A stretch of 64,000 nt of DNA from Candidatus Latescibacterota bacterium. Lineage in GTDB: Bacteria > Latescibacterota > UBA2968 > GCA-2709665. Position 1 is the stretch's first letter. The number at the start of each line of letters is the position of its first letter. The stretch covers positions 4,448,001 through 4,512,000 of the forward strand of contig OZ244937.1 in the NCBI GenBank assembly GCA_965222075.1. Direction: 5' to 3'. A model generated the notes under the pieces. The model was given only the letters and a program-made list of their open reading frames with translations, did no database searches and was not told where the DNA came from. Made by a program: the position numbers and the translations under genes. Below are positions 28,880 through 38,785 of the stretch, piece by piece.

Positions 28880-30355
28880 CTAAAGAAATCGTAATCCCCT
28901 TTGACTCATCAAATCCCTCGAATCGATCAGCGTCCGTTTGTCCGTTGGCGAGAACGCCTTCTCCGGCAGCCCCACGAGTTCACCATTCTGAATCCACGCT
29001 TCATCGCTCCCGTATAGATTCTGGATCAGAAGCCCCTTAAGCCGGTTCAGCTCGTCGGCGTACCGGGCATCTCCCGAAAGATCGGTCGTCTCCCGCGGAT
29101 CGTTCTCAATATCGAACAGCTGAACCTGATTCCCGGTCGCGTAATAGATCAACTTGAAGCGCTCGGCGCGGACCATGCGCATCCCGAGGTCTTCCTCAAA
29201 GTGCTCGCCGTACAGGTACTCCCGTCTCTCATCGCTCGCCAGGGAGATGCCGTCCACCCTATCCGGAATCGGCAGCCCGCACATATCCAGCAGCGTCGGC
29301 ATAATATCCCCGAACTCGGCCAGCCGGTCGTCTTCCGTGCCCAGCGCAAAACGTGTATCTCCTCTGGGCGGCACAAGAATAAGTGGAATCTTCGCCGACA
29401 TCTCGTAAAACGGCGTCATGCACCACAGCCCGTGTTCCCCGATCATGTGGCCATGATCGCCGGTAAAGAGGATCAGCGTATCATCCAAGATGCCCTCCTC
29501 CCGCATCAGCCCCATCACCAGCCGGATCTGATGGTCAATGTGCGTGAGCGTTGCGTAAAACGCCCGCCGTGCCTGCGCCTGCTCGTGCCACGGCGCGCCA
29601 CTTAGCGCGCTTAAGCCCGCATTTCGGTACTTGAGCGTATAGGGAAGCTTGTCCGGATCGCTGGACCAGTCCCCCGTTGTCGGCCTGTCGATCTCCACAT
29701 CCCGGTACAGGTCCAGGTAGGCCTGCAAGGGAGTCTGAGGAGGGTGCGGCGCCGAAAAGGACAGGTACCAGAAGCCCGGTTTGCGCGTATCCCGCCGGTG
29801 AATCGTCCGGGACATCTCCCGCACCGCCCAGTTGATCGGGTGGCAGTGTTCGGGCAGGTGCCAGGCGCGGGCCATAAAATCGTTGTGACACATCCCGCTC
29901 GCATACTCCATCCCGGCATACCCCTGGTCCGCAAGGAAAAGCTCGTAATCGTCCGCCCGCCCGTCGAACTGGTGCCGTCCCTGCTCCTCCAGGATCACAT
30001 CGTTGAAACCGATCCGATCCCGCTGGGGGTGAACGTGCAGCTTGCCCACGGCATAGGCCTGGTACCCCGCATTCTGGAAACACTGCGCCATCGTGGGCGT
30101 ATCCGGCATCGGATTCTGTTCCTTAAAACTGCGGTCCCCGTGAGAACGCGCGTTCATCCCCGTCATCAATGTCCGCCGCGCCGGAATGCACGAGGGGCAC
30201 GCCGAATACGCCTGGGTAAACGTCACCCCGCTGCGGCCGAGCTGCGCTAAGGTGGGCGTCATCACCACCGGATGTCCCGCCTGCCGCGTCAACAGCCCGC
30301 TCCAGTGATCCGTACAGATCAACAGTACATTTGGCCGCTTGGAATCGTCAGCCAT
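28880..30355 (-). CDS. Cys-type sulfatase
   Basis: PNVLLICTD, CIPARRTLMTG (CxPxR), GKLH, PHPP, DHG. Confidence 0.93.
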   Translation of the reverse strand: MADDSKRPNVLLICTDHWSGLLTRQAGHPVVMTPTLAQLGRSGVTFTQAYSACPSCIPARRTLMTGMNARSHGDRSFKEQNPMPDTPTMAQCFQNAGYQAYAVGKLHVHPQRDRIGFNDVILEEQGRHQFDGRADDYELFLADQGYAGMEYASGMCHNDFMARAWHLPEHCHPINWAVREMSRTIHRRDTRKPGFWYLSFSAPHPPQTPLQAYLDLYRDVEIDRPTTGDWSSDPDKLPYTLKYRNAGLSALSGAPWHEQAQARRAFYATLTHIDHQIRLVMGLMREEGILDDTLILFTGDHGHMIGEHGLWCMTPFYEMSAKIPLILVPPRGDTRFALGTEDDRLAEFGDIMPTLLDMCGLPIPDRVDGISLASDERREYLYGEHFEEDLGMRMVRAERFKLIYYATGNQVQLFDIENDPRETTDLSGDARYADELNRLKGLLIQNLYGSDEAWIQNGELVGLPEKAFSPTDKRTLIDSRDLMSQRGLRFL

Positions 30356-30418
30356 CACCCCCTCCTTCCTATATACACACCGGTTCTTTCCGGGGCCGAC
30401 ATAGGAACTGACCCCCGA

Positions 30419-32506
30419 CTACTCACCCTTGCTTCGAATCACCGGCTCCAAACCCGCCAACATCTCCAGCGTATGGTGGCAAAAAATCCGGTGCCCGTCC
30501 TTTGTCTCGCGCCAGGGTGGGATCTCTGTTTCGCAGACCTTCCCTCCGTCGGGCAGTAGCTCGCGCCGAGGGCAGCGCGTGTGGAACGGGCATCCCGAGG
30601 GTGGGTCGAGCGCGCTGGGAACCGTTCCCTCCATCCGGATCTGTTTCCGCCTAACATCCGGATCTGGAATCGGAGTGGCCGAAAGCAGCGCCTCCGTATA
30701 CGGGTGATAGGGGGGCGCGTAAATCGCCTCGGCCGGGCCGATCTCCATCATCTGTCCCAGATACATCACAGCCGTGTAGTCGGAGAAAAAACGCACAACG
30801 CTCAGATCGTGGGCGATAAAAACCATCGTTGTGCCGTATTGCCTCTGGATATCCAGCAGCAGATTGAGAATGGCAGCCTGAACCGAAACGTCCAGCGAGC
30901 TGACGGGTTCGTCGCACAGCACCAGATCCGGACGGCTGGCGAATGCCCGGGCAATTCCCACCCGCTGTTTCTCACCCCCGCTCAACTGCCTCGGATAGCG
31001 CTCGTAATACCGTTCGTCCAGCCGGACGGCCTTTAAAAGCGCCATCGCTTCGCTGTATACCTGATCTCTGGGAACCGCCCCGAACCGATGCATCACCCGC
31101 CCAATCTGGTACCCCACCGTATAAGAAGGGTTCAACGTCGAATCCGGATTCTGAAACACCATCTGGAGCTCCTGAAGCAGCCCCGGATCCCGCTTCGACA
31201 GCTCCTGCGTCAGATCGGATCCCATAAACTCGGCCCGGCCGTCCGCGCTTCGCTCCAGCCCGATGAGCGTCTTCACCAGCGTGCTCTTTCCACAGCCGGA
31301 CTCCCCCACAATACCGAGCGTCTTGCCCTTCGGCAGACCCACGCTCACCCCGTTGACCGCGCGAACATATTGTTTCTCCTCAAGCCCCAACGCGCCCCTG
31401 AGCGAACCGCTGTGATGTTCATAGTAGGTCTTCAAATCCTCCACCTGCAAAACCGCATCCTCCCTACCCCCCCTGCCCGCCACAGAAGCTGGGACCAGCC
31501 CTTCGGGCGGCTCCCAGGCCGCTGGGTCAGTCTCCTCCGCAAAATGGCAGCGCACCCGGTGGTCCTTTCCGGTCTTTCGCAGCAGGGGAGCCTCTTCGGA
31601 ACAGCGATTCTGCGCATAGGAACACCGGGGCGTAAAGTGACACCCGGCCGGCCAGTCGTCAGGAGAAGGCGCTTGGCCGGGGATGGGATAGAGCATGCTG
31701 CTAAGCTCGCCCAGCTTTGGAACGCAGCGCATCAGTCCCTGCGTGTACGGGTGCTGGGGATGCCTGAAAATCTCACCCACCCCCGCCCGCTCCACGATTT
31801 CGCGCGCATACATCACTCCCACCTGGTCGCACACCCGGGCCACAACCCCTAAGTTGTGGCTGATAAACAGAATCGCCGTATCAAAGTCCTGCCTCAGCTC
31901 ATCGATCAGGTCTAAGACAGCCGCCTCCACCGTTACGTCCAGCGCCGTCGTGGGCTCGTCCATAATCAGCAGCGCCGGGTTGTTCAGCAGCGCCATCGCA
32001 ATCACCATCCGCTGCTGCTGTCCTCCCGAAAGTTGATGCGGGTACCGGCGCATCGCCAGCCCCGGATCGGGCATACGCACCCGGTCCAGCATCTCAACAC
32101 AGCGCCTCTCGGCCTCTTCATTCCCCCTATCCTGGTGAACCGTCAGCGTCTCTTTGAGCTGGTCCCCGATGCGCATCGCCGGATTCAACGCCTGCTGGGG
32201 ATGCTGATATACCATGGAAATCTGATTTCCCCGAAGCTCGCTCAACTCCTCCCCGCACCTCCCCACAAGTTCCTGCCCCAAAAACAGGATACTCCCTTCT
32301 TTAATGTACCCGTTCGCACTCAGAAAATTGACAATGGACCACGCTACCGTACTCTTCCCACACCCCGATTCGCCGACCAGTCCAAAACTCTCCCCCTGCC
32401 CGATCTCAAAAGAGACATTGTGCACCGCGTCCACCTCGCCATCCCGCACCTTGTACGCAACCGCAAGGTTTTCAACCTTGAGCACTGGAACAGATGCTTC
32501 AACCAA
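30419..32506 (-). CDS. Dipeptide/oligopeptide ABC transporter ATP-binding protein (fused DppD-DppF)
   Basis: Two GESGCGKS Walker A, LSGG signatures, HPYT and GC.F..RC C-terminal motifs; TTG start with RBS AAGGAG. Confidence 0.95.
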   Translation of the reverse strand: MVEASVPVLKVENLAVAYKVRDGEVDAVHNVSFEIGQGESFGLVGESGCGKSTVAWSIVNFLSANGYIKEGSILFLGQELVGRCGEELSELRGNQISMVYQHPQQALNPAMRIGDQLKETLTVHQDRGNEEAERRCVEMLDRVRMPDPGLAMRRYPHQLSGGQQQRMVIAMALLNNPALLIMDEPTTALDVTVEAAVLDLIDELRQDFDTAILFISHNLGVVARVCDQVGVMYAREIVERAGVGEIFRHPQHPYTQGLMRCVPKLGELSSMLYPIPGQAPSPDDWPAGCHFTPRCSYAQNRCSEEAPLLRKTGKDHRVRCHFAEETDPAAWEPPEGLVPASVAGRGGREDAVLQVEDLKTYYEHHSGSLRGALGLEEKQYVRAVNGVSVGLPKGKTLGIVGESGCGKSTLVKTLIGLERSADGRAEFMGSDLTQELSKRDPGLLQELQMVFQNPDSTLNPSYTVGYQIGRVMHRFGAVPRDQVYSEAMALLKAVRLDERYYERYPRQLSGGEKQRVGIARAFASRPDLVLCDEPVSSLDVSVQAAILNLLLDIQRQYGTTMVFIAHDLSVVRFFSDYTAVMYLGQMMEIGPAEAIYAPPYHPYTEALLSATPIPDPDVRRKQIRMEGTVPSALDPPSGCPFHTRCPRRELLPDGGKVCETEIPPWRETKDGHRIFCHHTLEMLAGLEPVIRSKGE

Positions 32507-32649
32507 AAGAAACGCTCCTTTTACGCCTTCCCTAACTGCGAGCCGCTGGCGGATGGCTGGGGATCACAGGGGCCGCGTGACCAAGTCCTTTATCTACAAA
32601 CTGCACGGCGATTGAACCGGAAACTATCCGATCCGCTTGTGGCCCTCAC

Positions 32650-33570
32650 CTAACGCTGGTAGCGCGCCGTCTCCTCCTGCAGCCCGTCCGCAAACAGATT
32701 CAACCCCACCACCAGCGACGAAATCGCCGCGGCCGGCCACACCACGGCCAGCGGATGGGCAAAGATAAACCTGCGGGCTTCGTTCACCATATTCCCCCAG
32801 TCCGGATCGGGCGGAGGCAGGCCGATGCCTAAGAACCCCAGCGTGCCGATCGTAAAAATCGCGTACCCCATCCGCAGCGTCGCATCCACGATAAGCGGGC
32901 TCCTTACATTTGGCAGGATCTCCCTGTACATAATGTACCACGACCGCTCCCCGCGCGTCCGGGCGGCCTGAACATAATCCCGACTCTTGATATCCAAGGT
33001 CATCCCCCGTACCAGCCGTGCGATGCCCGGCGTTCCCGTCATCGTAATCGCTAAAATCACCACCGGATCGCCCTGGCCTAAGGCCGCGATCACAATCAGG
33101 TAGAGCACAATCCGGGGAAACGCGATCAGCGCATCCAACACCTGCATAACGATCTGATCGATCCACCCTCCCCGGTACCCTGCATTGAGCCCCAAAAACG
33201 TCCCGAAGGCCAGCGACCCGATCACCCCCCACAGCGCCACCCCCCCCGGCAGAACCGTGCCCCCGGGAAGCCGTGTCTTGATGAGAATCACCTGCGTACC
33301 TGCCATCAGGCGCGACAGCAAATCGCGCCCTAAGTGGTCCGTGCCCAGCGGATGCATCAGCGTAGGCCTCATATTCTGCACAAAATCGGTCGCCGTGGAC
33401 TTATACGGCGTCCAGAAAAGCGACAAGATGCCCGTCCCGAACCACAACAGGACAATCACAAGCCCCACGGTGCCGATGCGCGATCCCAAAACAATCGACA
33501 CCTGCTCCCAAAACCGCCTGAAGCGCGACGGCCGCTTCACCTGTGCAGCAGTGGACTGTGCAACAGCGAT
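32650..33570 (-). CDS. Oligopeptide ABC permease (DppC-like)
   Basis: HPLGTDHLGRDL, YVQAARTRGE, LGFLGIG..PP.PDWG; the best RBS (GGAGGT) precedes an ATC at 33570; the ORF-track ATG 33639 lies inside a repeat. Confidence 0.88.
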   Translation of the reverse strand: MAVAQSTAAQVKRPSRFRRFWEQVSIVLGSRIGTVGLVIVLLWFGTGILSLFWTPYKSTATDFVQNMRPTLMHPLGTDHLGRDLLSRLMAGTQVILIKTRLPGGTVLPGGVALWGVIGSLAFGTFLGLNAGYRGGWIDQIVMQVLDALIAFPRIVLYLIVIAALGQGDPVVILAITMTGTPGIARLVRGMTLDIKSRDYVQAARTRGERSWYIMYREILPNVRSPLIVDATLRMGYAIFTIGTLGFLGIGLPPPDPDWGNMVNEARRFIFAHPLAVVWPAAAISSLVVGLNLFADGLQEETARYQR

Positions 33571-33645
33571 GGGTAACCTCCGTAAGCGTTCAGATTCAGC
33601 AGTCCTCTTCCTGCCCCATTGTCCCTTATCTGTGTTCATCTGTGG

Positions 33646-35079
33646 TTACTTTTCTCTGGCCTCTGTCTCTCCCACTGTCCATCGCAGCGCCTCAGCCACA
33701 ATCGCCAGTTCATCGGGCCGAACCGTTCGCAGGTCCAGAAACAATCGGTCCTCCCGAACATACCCCAAAACCGGTGGTGTGTGCCGTCTCAGACGGGCCG
33801 CCAGGTCTCCAACAGAGCGCCCGGGCCAGGATAGGGTCAACGCCGTGCTGGGGATCTCCTCCAGCGGGAGCGCGCCGCTGCCCGTTTGAGCGACCGAAGG
33901 CTCCAGGCCGAGCCGGACGCCCCGGTCCGTCAGGTCCGCCAGTCGCCTGAGCAGCCAGCCGCCCCGCCTCCGCAGCGATCCCGCAGGTTCGGTCAGCATC
34001 CGCAGCGTCGGGTGTTTCCGGAGGAGCGTCTTCCGGTTCAGAAACAGCTTCAGCGTGGCCTCTAAGGCGGCGTAGGTCAGCTTGCCGCAGCGCAGGGCGC
34101 GCATCAGCGGGTTCTGCCGAATCCGGTCCAGCGCCTCCCGCCTGCCCACCAGCAGCCCCGCCTGCGGCCCCCCAAGGACCTTATCCCCGCTAAAGCTTAC
34201 CACGTCGGCTCCCGTAGCAACGCTGTCGGACACAAGCGGCTCGTAGGGTAGCCCGTAATCCCGCAAATCCATCAGCACCCCGCCCCCTAAGTCGTGCGCC
34301 ACTGGAACCCCGTGCCGCCGTCCCAGAGCCACCAGTTCCTCTAAGGCAACCTCGGCCGTGAACCCCATCACCTTATAATTGCTTGGATGGACCGCCAGCA
34401 TCAGGCCGGTCCGGTCGCTCAGCGCCGCCTCAAAATCCCGCAGATGCGTCCGGTTGGTGGTGCCTACTTCCACCATCACCGCACCGCTTCGGGCCATGAG
34501 ATCGGGCATACGGAACGAACCGCCGATCTCAATCAACTGACCCCGGGAAACGACCGCTTCCCGGCCCAGAGCGAGCGTATTGAGCACAAGCAGCACCGCA
34601 GCGGCGTTGTTGTTCACCACACAGGCCGCCTCTGCGCCGGTCAGTTTACAAAGGATCTCTTCCACCAGTGCGATCCTGGCCCCCCGCTGCCCCGATTCGA
34701 GGTCTACTTCTAAGTTGCTGTAATAGCCTGCCGTATGTGAAATTTGCTTGAGGGCCGCCTTCGGCAGGGGCGCCCGCCCCAGGTTGGTATGCAGTACGAT
34801 TCCAGTGGCATTCACCACCCGAAAGAGACTGGGAGCAAGCGTCTCATCCAGACGCCGACGCACATCGTCCACCACCTGCTGGACCATTGCCTCACGGTCG
34901 CCCCCCACGGCCTCACCCCGGCCCATCGCCTCCCGGAGCGCATCGATACAATCGCGCACCAGCCCGGTTACCACGGGCGCATCAACCTGTTCAAACAATG
35001 CGCGTACCCCCGTTTCGGAAAGCACGCGGTCTACAGGCGGGATCACAGAAAAATCGGCCTGAGTCCTCGTCGCTGGCAA
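33646..35079 (-). CDS. selA: L-seryl-tRNA(Sec) selenium transferase
   Basis: VNATGIVLHTNLGRAPL, YSNLE.DL..G.RG.R, VNNNAAAV, EIGGSFR.PD, EVGTTNRT, FSGDKVLGGPQAG. Confidence 0.97.
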   Translation of the reverse strand: MPATRTQADFSVIPPVDRVLSETGVRALFEQVDAPVVTGLVRDCIDALREAMGRGEAVGGDREAMVQQVVDDVRRRLDETLAPSLFRVVNATGIVLHTNLGRAPLPKAALKQISHTAGYYSNLEVDLESGQRGARIALVEEILCKLTGAEAACVVNNNAAAVLLVLNTLALGREAVVSRGQLIEIGGSFRMPDLMARSGAVMVEVGTTNRTHLRDFEAALSDRTGLMLAVHPSNYKVMGFTAEVALEELVALGRRHGVPVAHDLGGGVLMDLRDYGLPYEPLVSDSVATGADVVSFSGDKVLGGPQAGLLVGRREALDRIRQNPLMRALRCGKLTYAALEATLKLFLNRKTLLRKHPTLRMLTEPAGSLRRRGGWLLRRLADLTDRGVRLGLEPSVAQTGSGALPLEEIPSTALTLSWPGRSVGDLAARLRRHTPPVLGYVREDRLFLDLRTVRPDELAIVAEALRWTVGETEAREK

Positions 35080-35096
35080 AAATGGCGTCCTTTCAT

Positions 35097-37334
35097 TCAG
35101 GGCATGATCTCAAACCGAATCTCTTTGGAGACCTTCTTCCTGGCCAACAGGTCGATAACCGCCACCTGAACCTTTTGCCCGCCCGGCTTGGTCCGGGTCA
35201 GGTCGAGTTCCACATACGCCACTTCATCCTGTTTCTCCCCCGTCTGCTCGTACGCAATCACCACTTCCTGGCCCTTCTCCGAAATGCGGAACAGCCGGCC
35301 AAAGCCGTGCAGCACCCGCGCGGGAACGGAGCGTTCCTCGTAGGACCGGAGTTTATACTCCACACGGTACTGAGTCTGCCCGAATTCATCCCGCCTCAAA
35401 TTGTAAATCTCGAAATACACGAAGGCGTTCTGATCGTCCCGAAATGCCCGGGACGACATCGGAATGATCTCCAGACCCTGTTTGACAAAGGGGCCCTCTT
35501 CCATAGGAGTCATCGAGAAGGCCAGCTCAATATCGCTGATCTGCAGCGCCTCCCTTCCCCTGTAGTCCTCCAGCAGGATCTCCTGCTGGTAGACCTGGGA
35601 CTTACCGGAAGAGAAATCCTGGACCTGGAAGGCCATATGGTATGGCCCCGGCGGCAGGTCAACCGGCAGGATACCCGGAATAAAGGCCCCCTTCTCGATC
35701 TGCTGGTCCGTAGGGACCTTAAAAACAATCTGGTCCTGAACCCGGTGGACCTCGTTCCAGAGGCTGTCGAAGATGGCCAGCCCCCGGCCCAGCACGAGCA
35801 GGTCGGTCTTCTCGTCCACGTTCAGCCGGACCACTTCGGAGGCCGGCAGGCCGTAATAGATCTCCAGCCGGGTCTTATCCTCCGGCCCCCGGTAACTCGC
35901 CGGATAATAGTGGAAATCGATCGGAAGGTCCGCAAAGTCGGGCACGTAAATCGAAGCCTGTTTCACCGCGATCTGATCCACAATTACACGTCCGTGCAGC
36001 TTCATCAATTCGGTCGTCAGTGACAGCAGATTCCCCTGGGGAACGGGCGCAAACACATAGCGCCGATTGCTGTGCTCGCTCACAAACGTAATCTCGGTCC
36101 CCCCGTTGATGTCGGCGTACACCCAGTACTCCCACCGGACGTCTGTTCTGACTGGAAACATGGGAAGGCCGGGGTCCACCCGAAGCCCGATGCGAAACCG
36201 GTTGATAAAATTGGTCCTGGCATCCTGGATGTAGGGATCGAGTTCGGCCTGGATGTCGCTCGACCGGCTGACGTGGTCTGGATCGCCCAGCCGGATGTAG
36301 ACACCTCCCCGGTCGTCCCAGGGGAATTCCGCTTGAGCAAAATGCTGCCGGGCGTGGGCCACCCGCCGGTAGTGCTCCACGAGGCGCTCGTTTGAGGCCG
36401 ACAGCGGAGCGGGGTCCCGGCGCTTCCAGAAACGCCGATTCACCTCCTCCTTCTGGTCGTCGGGCGTGTTTTTATAACGCGCCAGTTCCTCCTTTGTGGC
36501 CACGAAGGAAATATCCCGGTAAAGCCGCTGTTCCTCCCCGGGCAGTTGGTCGATGTAGGTCTCGAAAAACTGCTGCGCATGCTCAAAGTCCCGGTCCGCC
36601 TGGCTGATGAGCGCCATCTCCAGATGGACCCGGGGCTCAACCTCGCCCCCGGCCGCTATCATCTCCTCGAAAATTTGCACAGCCTCCTGCTTCTGGCCCT
36701 TTCCAAGCAGCAGCTTTGCCAGCCGGTAGCCCGCCTTGGAGTGGGCGGGATAGGCCGATACCTGCTGCCGATAGGCAGCGATGGCATCAATCGAATCCTC
36801 CTGCCCCTCCAGCAGCAGGCCGATCCGGTAGTAGGCATCCCGGTGGCGGGCATCGAGTTCCAGGACCTGCTCAAAGGCCTTCAGTGCCTCCGACGGTCGG
36901 GAGTCCTGGTAGGTCACAGCGAGGTTGTACTGCGCCTCCACAAAGGTGGGGTCTTCACCTAAAGCGCGCCGGAAACTGACCCGTGCACGCCGCTTATCCC
37001 TACCCTTCAAGTACACCAGACCGATCCCATTGCGGCCTGCGGCCTTCGCCCCCAGCTTGATCGCCTTTTCAAAGGCCTTTTTCGCCCCCTTTCCATCTCC
37101 TCTATCCAGATAGGCGTGGCCCAGAAGAACGTAGACCTCGGCCTGCTCATAACCGGCGTCAATCACCGCCTGCAGGGCGGCAGCCGCGTCCCCTGGCCGT
37201 TTATTCCGGATGTGCGCTTCCGCCGCCCTCCGGAGGGAATCCGCCCGCGCAGGGGTCAGCACACCCTGCGCAGCACTGATATTGGAAGTAAAAAAAAGCA
37301 CCAGAAAACAGAGGATCAAACGTTGACATCGCAT
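35097..37334 (-). CDS. TPR + GWxTD-domain protein, secreted
   Basis: Signal peptide, TPR repeats, FWKRRDP.P....NE...EHYRRV..A, WDDRG.VYIRLG.PD, WEYWVY. Confidence 0.85.
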   Translation of the reverse strand: MRCQRLILCFLVLFFTSNISAAQGVLTPARADSLRRAAEAHIRNKRPGDAAAALQAVIDAGYEQAEVYVLLGHAYLDRGDGKGAKKAFEKAIKLGAKAAGRNGIGLVYLKGRDKRRARVSFRRALGEDPTFVEAQYNLAVTYQDSRPSEALKAFEQVLELDARHRDAYYRIGLLLEGQEDSIDAIAAYRQQVSAYPAHSKAGYRLAKLLLGKGQKQEAVQIFEEMIAAGGEVEPRVHLEMALISQADRDFEHAQQFFETYIDQLPGEEQRLYRDISFVATKEELARYKNTPDDQKEEVNRRFWKRRDPAPLSASNERLVEHYRRVAHARQHFAQAEFPWDDRGGVYIRLGDPDHVSRSSDIQAELDPYIQDARTNFINRFRIGLRVDPGLPMFPVRTDVRWEYWVYADINGGTEITFVSEHSNRRYVFAPVPQGNLLSLTTELMKLHGRVIVDQIAVKQASIYVPDFADLPIDFHYYPASYRGPEDKTRLEIYYGLPASEVVRLNVDEKTDLLVLGRGLAIFDSLWNEVHRVQDQIVFKVPTDQQIEKGAFIPGILPVDLPPGPYHMAFQVQDFSSGKSQVYQQEILLEDYRGREALQISDIELAFSMTPMEEGPFVKQGLEIIPMSSRAFRDDQNAFVYFEIYNLRRDEFGQTQYRVEYKLRSYEERSVPARVLHGFGRLFRISEKGQEVVIAYEQTGEKQDEVAYVELDLTRTKPGGQKVQVAVIDLLARKKVSKEIRFEIMP

Positions 37335-37519
37335 GGAAACGCCCCCGATAAAATCCCTGCCCAAATGAGATCGCCCCCCGGTGTTGCAGCGAGAGGCGGT
37401 ACATGATAAATATAAGTAAATCTATGCAATATTGTGTCCTTGAGCAAAGGAATTCTTGAGACCCGTTAGAGGCGGCCAAGCGGTGCGATCCGCCGCGCTT
37501 CTCCAAATGCGTTTCAACA

Positions 37520-37548
37520 TTGACAAGACCGGACTCAGGCTATATCTT
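37520..37548 (+). promoter_or_regulatory. sigma70-type promoter for galU
   Basis: TTGACA, 17 bp, TATCTT. Confidence 0.6.
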
Positions 37549-37596
37549 TGAGCCAGTGATCCCCGTCCCTTTATATTAGGTCATGGAGAAGCCTAT

Positions 37597-38544
37597 ATGT
37601 TTGTACGAAAAGTGGTTATCCCGGTAGCCGGCCTGGGCACCCGCCTCTTTCCCACCACCAAAGCCCTCCCCAAAGAGATGCTCCCCGTGGGCCCCTATCC
37701 CGCCATCCAGCACGTGGTGGAGGAGATGGCCGCGGCCAACCTGAAGAAAATCCTTTTTATCACCTCTCGGGGCAAAGCCATCATAGAAAATCAGTTCGAC
37801 AACAACGTCGACGTCGTCATCCACCTCGAACAGGACGGACGGCTGAACGACCTGGGAGACTTCGACTACAGCAGGCGTGGAATCGAGTTTTTTTATACCC
37901 GCCAGCAGGTACCGGCCGGCACGACCAAACCGCAGGGCACCGGAGCAGCCGTTGCAGCGGCCGAAAGCTTTGTAGACGACGAACACTTTGTGGTCGCCTA
38001 CGGCGATACCATCATCAGCTCCACGCGAACCCCGAGCTTTATCGGCCGGATGATAGAAGCACATCTCAAACACAACGCCACCTGTACCCTGGGCGTCCGA
38101 CACGTTTCACCGGACTTGGTCGGTCGATATGGCATGGTAAAGCCGGTTCCGGGCGAAGACCTGAAGGCCGACAGTTTTCGGATCGAAGACGTGGTGGAAA
38201 AGCCCACCGCAGACGAAGCGCCCAGCTCTATGGCCGTGAGCGCCCGCTACATCTTTGGTCCAGAGATCTTTGAACGCTTAGAACGCATTCCCCCTTCCGA
38301 ATATCAACTGACCGAAGCCATTCGGGGCCTGATCCGGTCCGGGCACATGGTCCGCTGCGTGCAAATGGCACCGGACGAGACCCGCTACGACATCGGCAGC
38401 CACGAAAGCTACTACAAGGCATTCATCGACTTTGCCCTCCAGGACCCCAACTGCGGAGAAAGTATCCGGTATTATATCCAAGCCTGCGCCGGTAGACATC
38501 CAGTTGAGGCAACCGCCTCAAATTCAACCACAACCAGCTCCTGA
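37597..38544 (+). CDS. galU: UTP-glucose-1-phosphate uridylyltransferase
   Basis: KVVIPVAGLGTRLFP.TKA.PKEMLP, VEKP, RYIF, YQLTEAI, RYDIG. Confidence 0.88.
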   Translation: MFVRKVVIPVAGLGTRLFPTTKALPKEMLPVGPYPAIQHVVEEMAAANLKKILFITSRGKAIIENQFDNNVDVVIHLEQDGRLNDLGDFDYSRRGIEFFYTRQQVPAGTTKPQGTGAAVAAAESFVDDEHFVVAYGDTIISSTRTPSFIGRMIEAHLKHNATCTLGVRHVSPDLVGRYGMVKPVPGEDLKADSFRIEDVVEKPTADEAPSSMAVSARYIFGPEIFERLERIPPSEYQLTEAIRGLIRSGHMVRCVQMAPDETRYDIGSHESYYKAFIDFALQDPNCGESIRYYIQACAGRHPVEATASNSTTTSS

Positions 38545-38672
38545 CCTATCCCAATACCTACGACCAGGTCATCTTTGCCCAGATCGACCAGGCCTGGAAC
38601 CTGGGCGCCGCCGGTGTGGGTGCCACCATCTACTTCGGATCTCCCGAGTCCAACCGGCAGATCACCGAAGTC
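38517..38672 (+). pseudogene. fbaB: Internal fragment of class I fructose-bisphosphate aldolase (FbaB/DhnA type)
   Basis: Frame from 38517 reads LKFNHNQLLTYPNTYDQVIFAQIDQAWNLGAAGVGATIYFGSPESNRQITEV; no start codon or C-terminus. Confidence 0.85.
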
Positions 38673-38785
38673 AAATGTTCACCGCGGTCACCATCGCATA
38701 GCAGAAATTTCCCCCTATGTATAAAAGGGCCTTCCAGACAGTGCTTCTGGAAGGCCCCCACCCCGAGAGTCCCGCCGGGTCGCCC

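Noticed and set aside
12095-36023. Long antisense or alternate-frame ORFs in the track (e.g. 12095-13120, 16011-17267, 21596-22654, 23989-25062, 34887-36023)
   Set aside because: Typical high-GC shadow ORFs overlapping well-supported genes; no motifs or RBS
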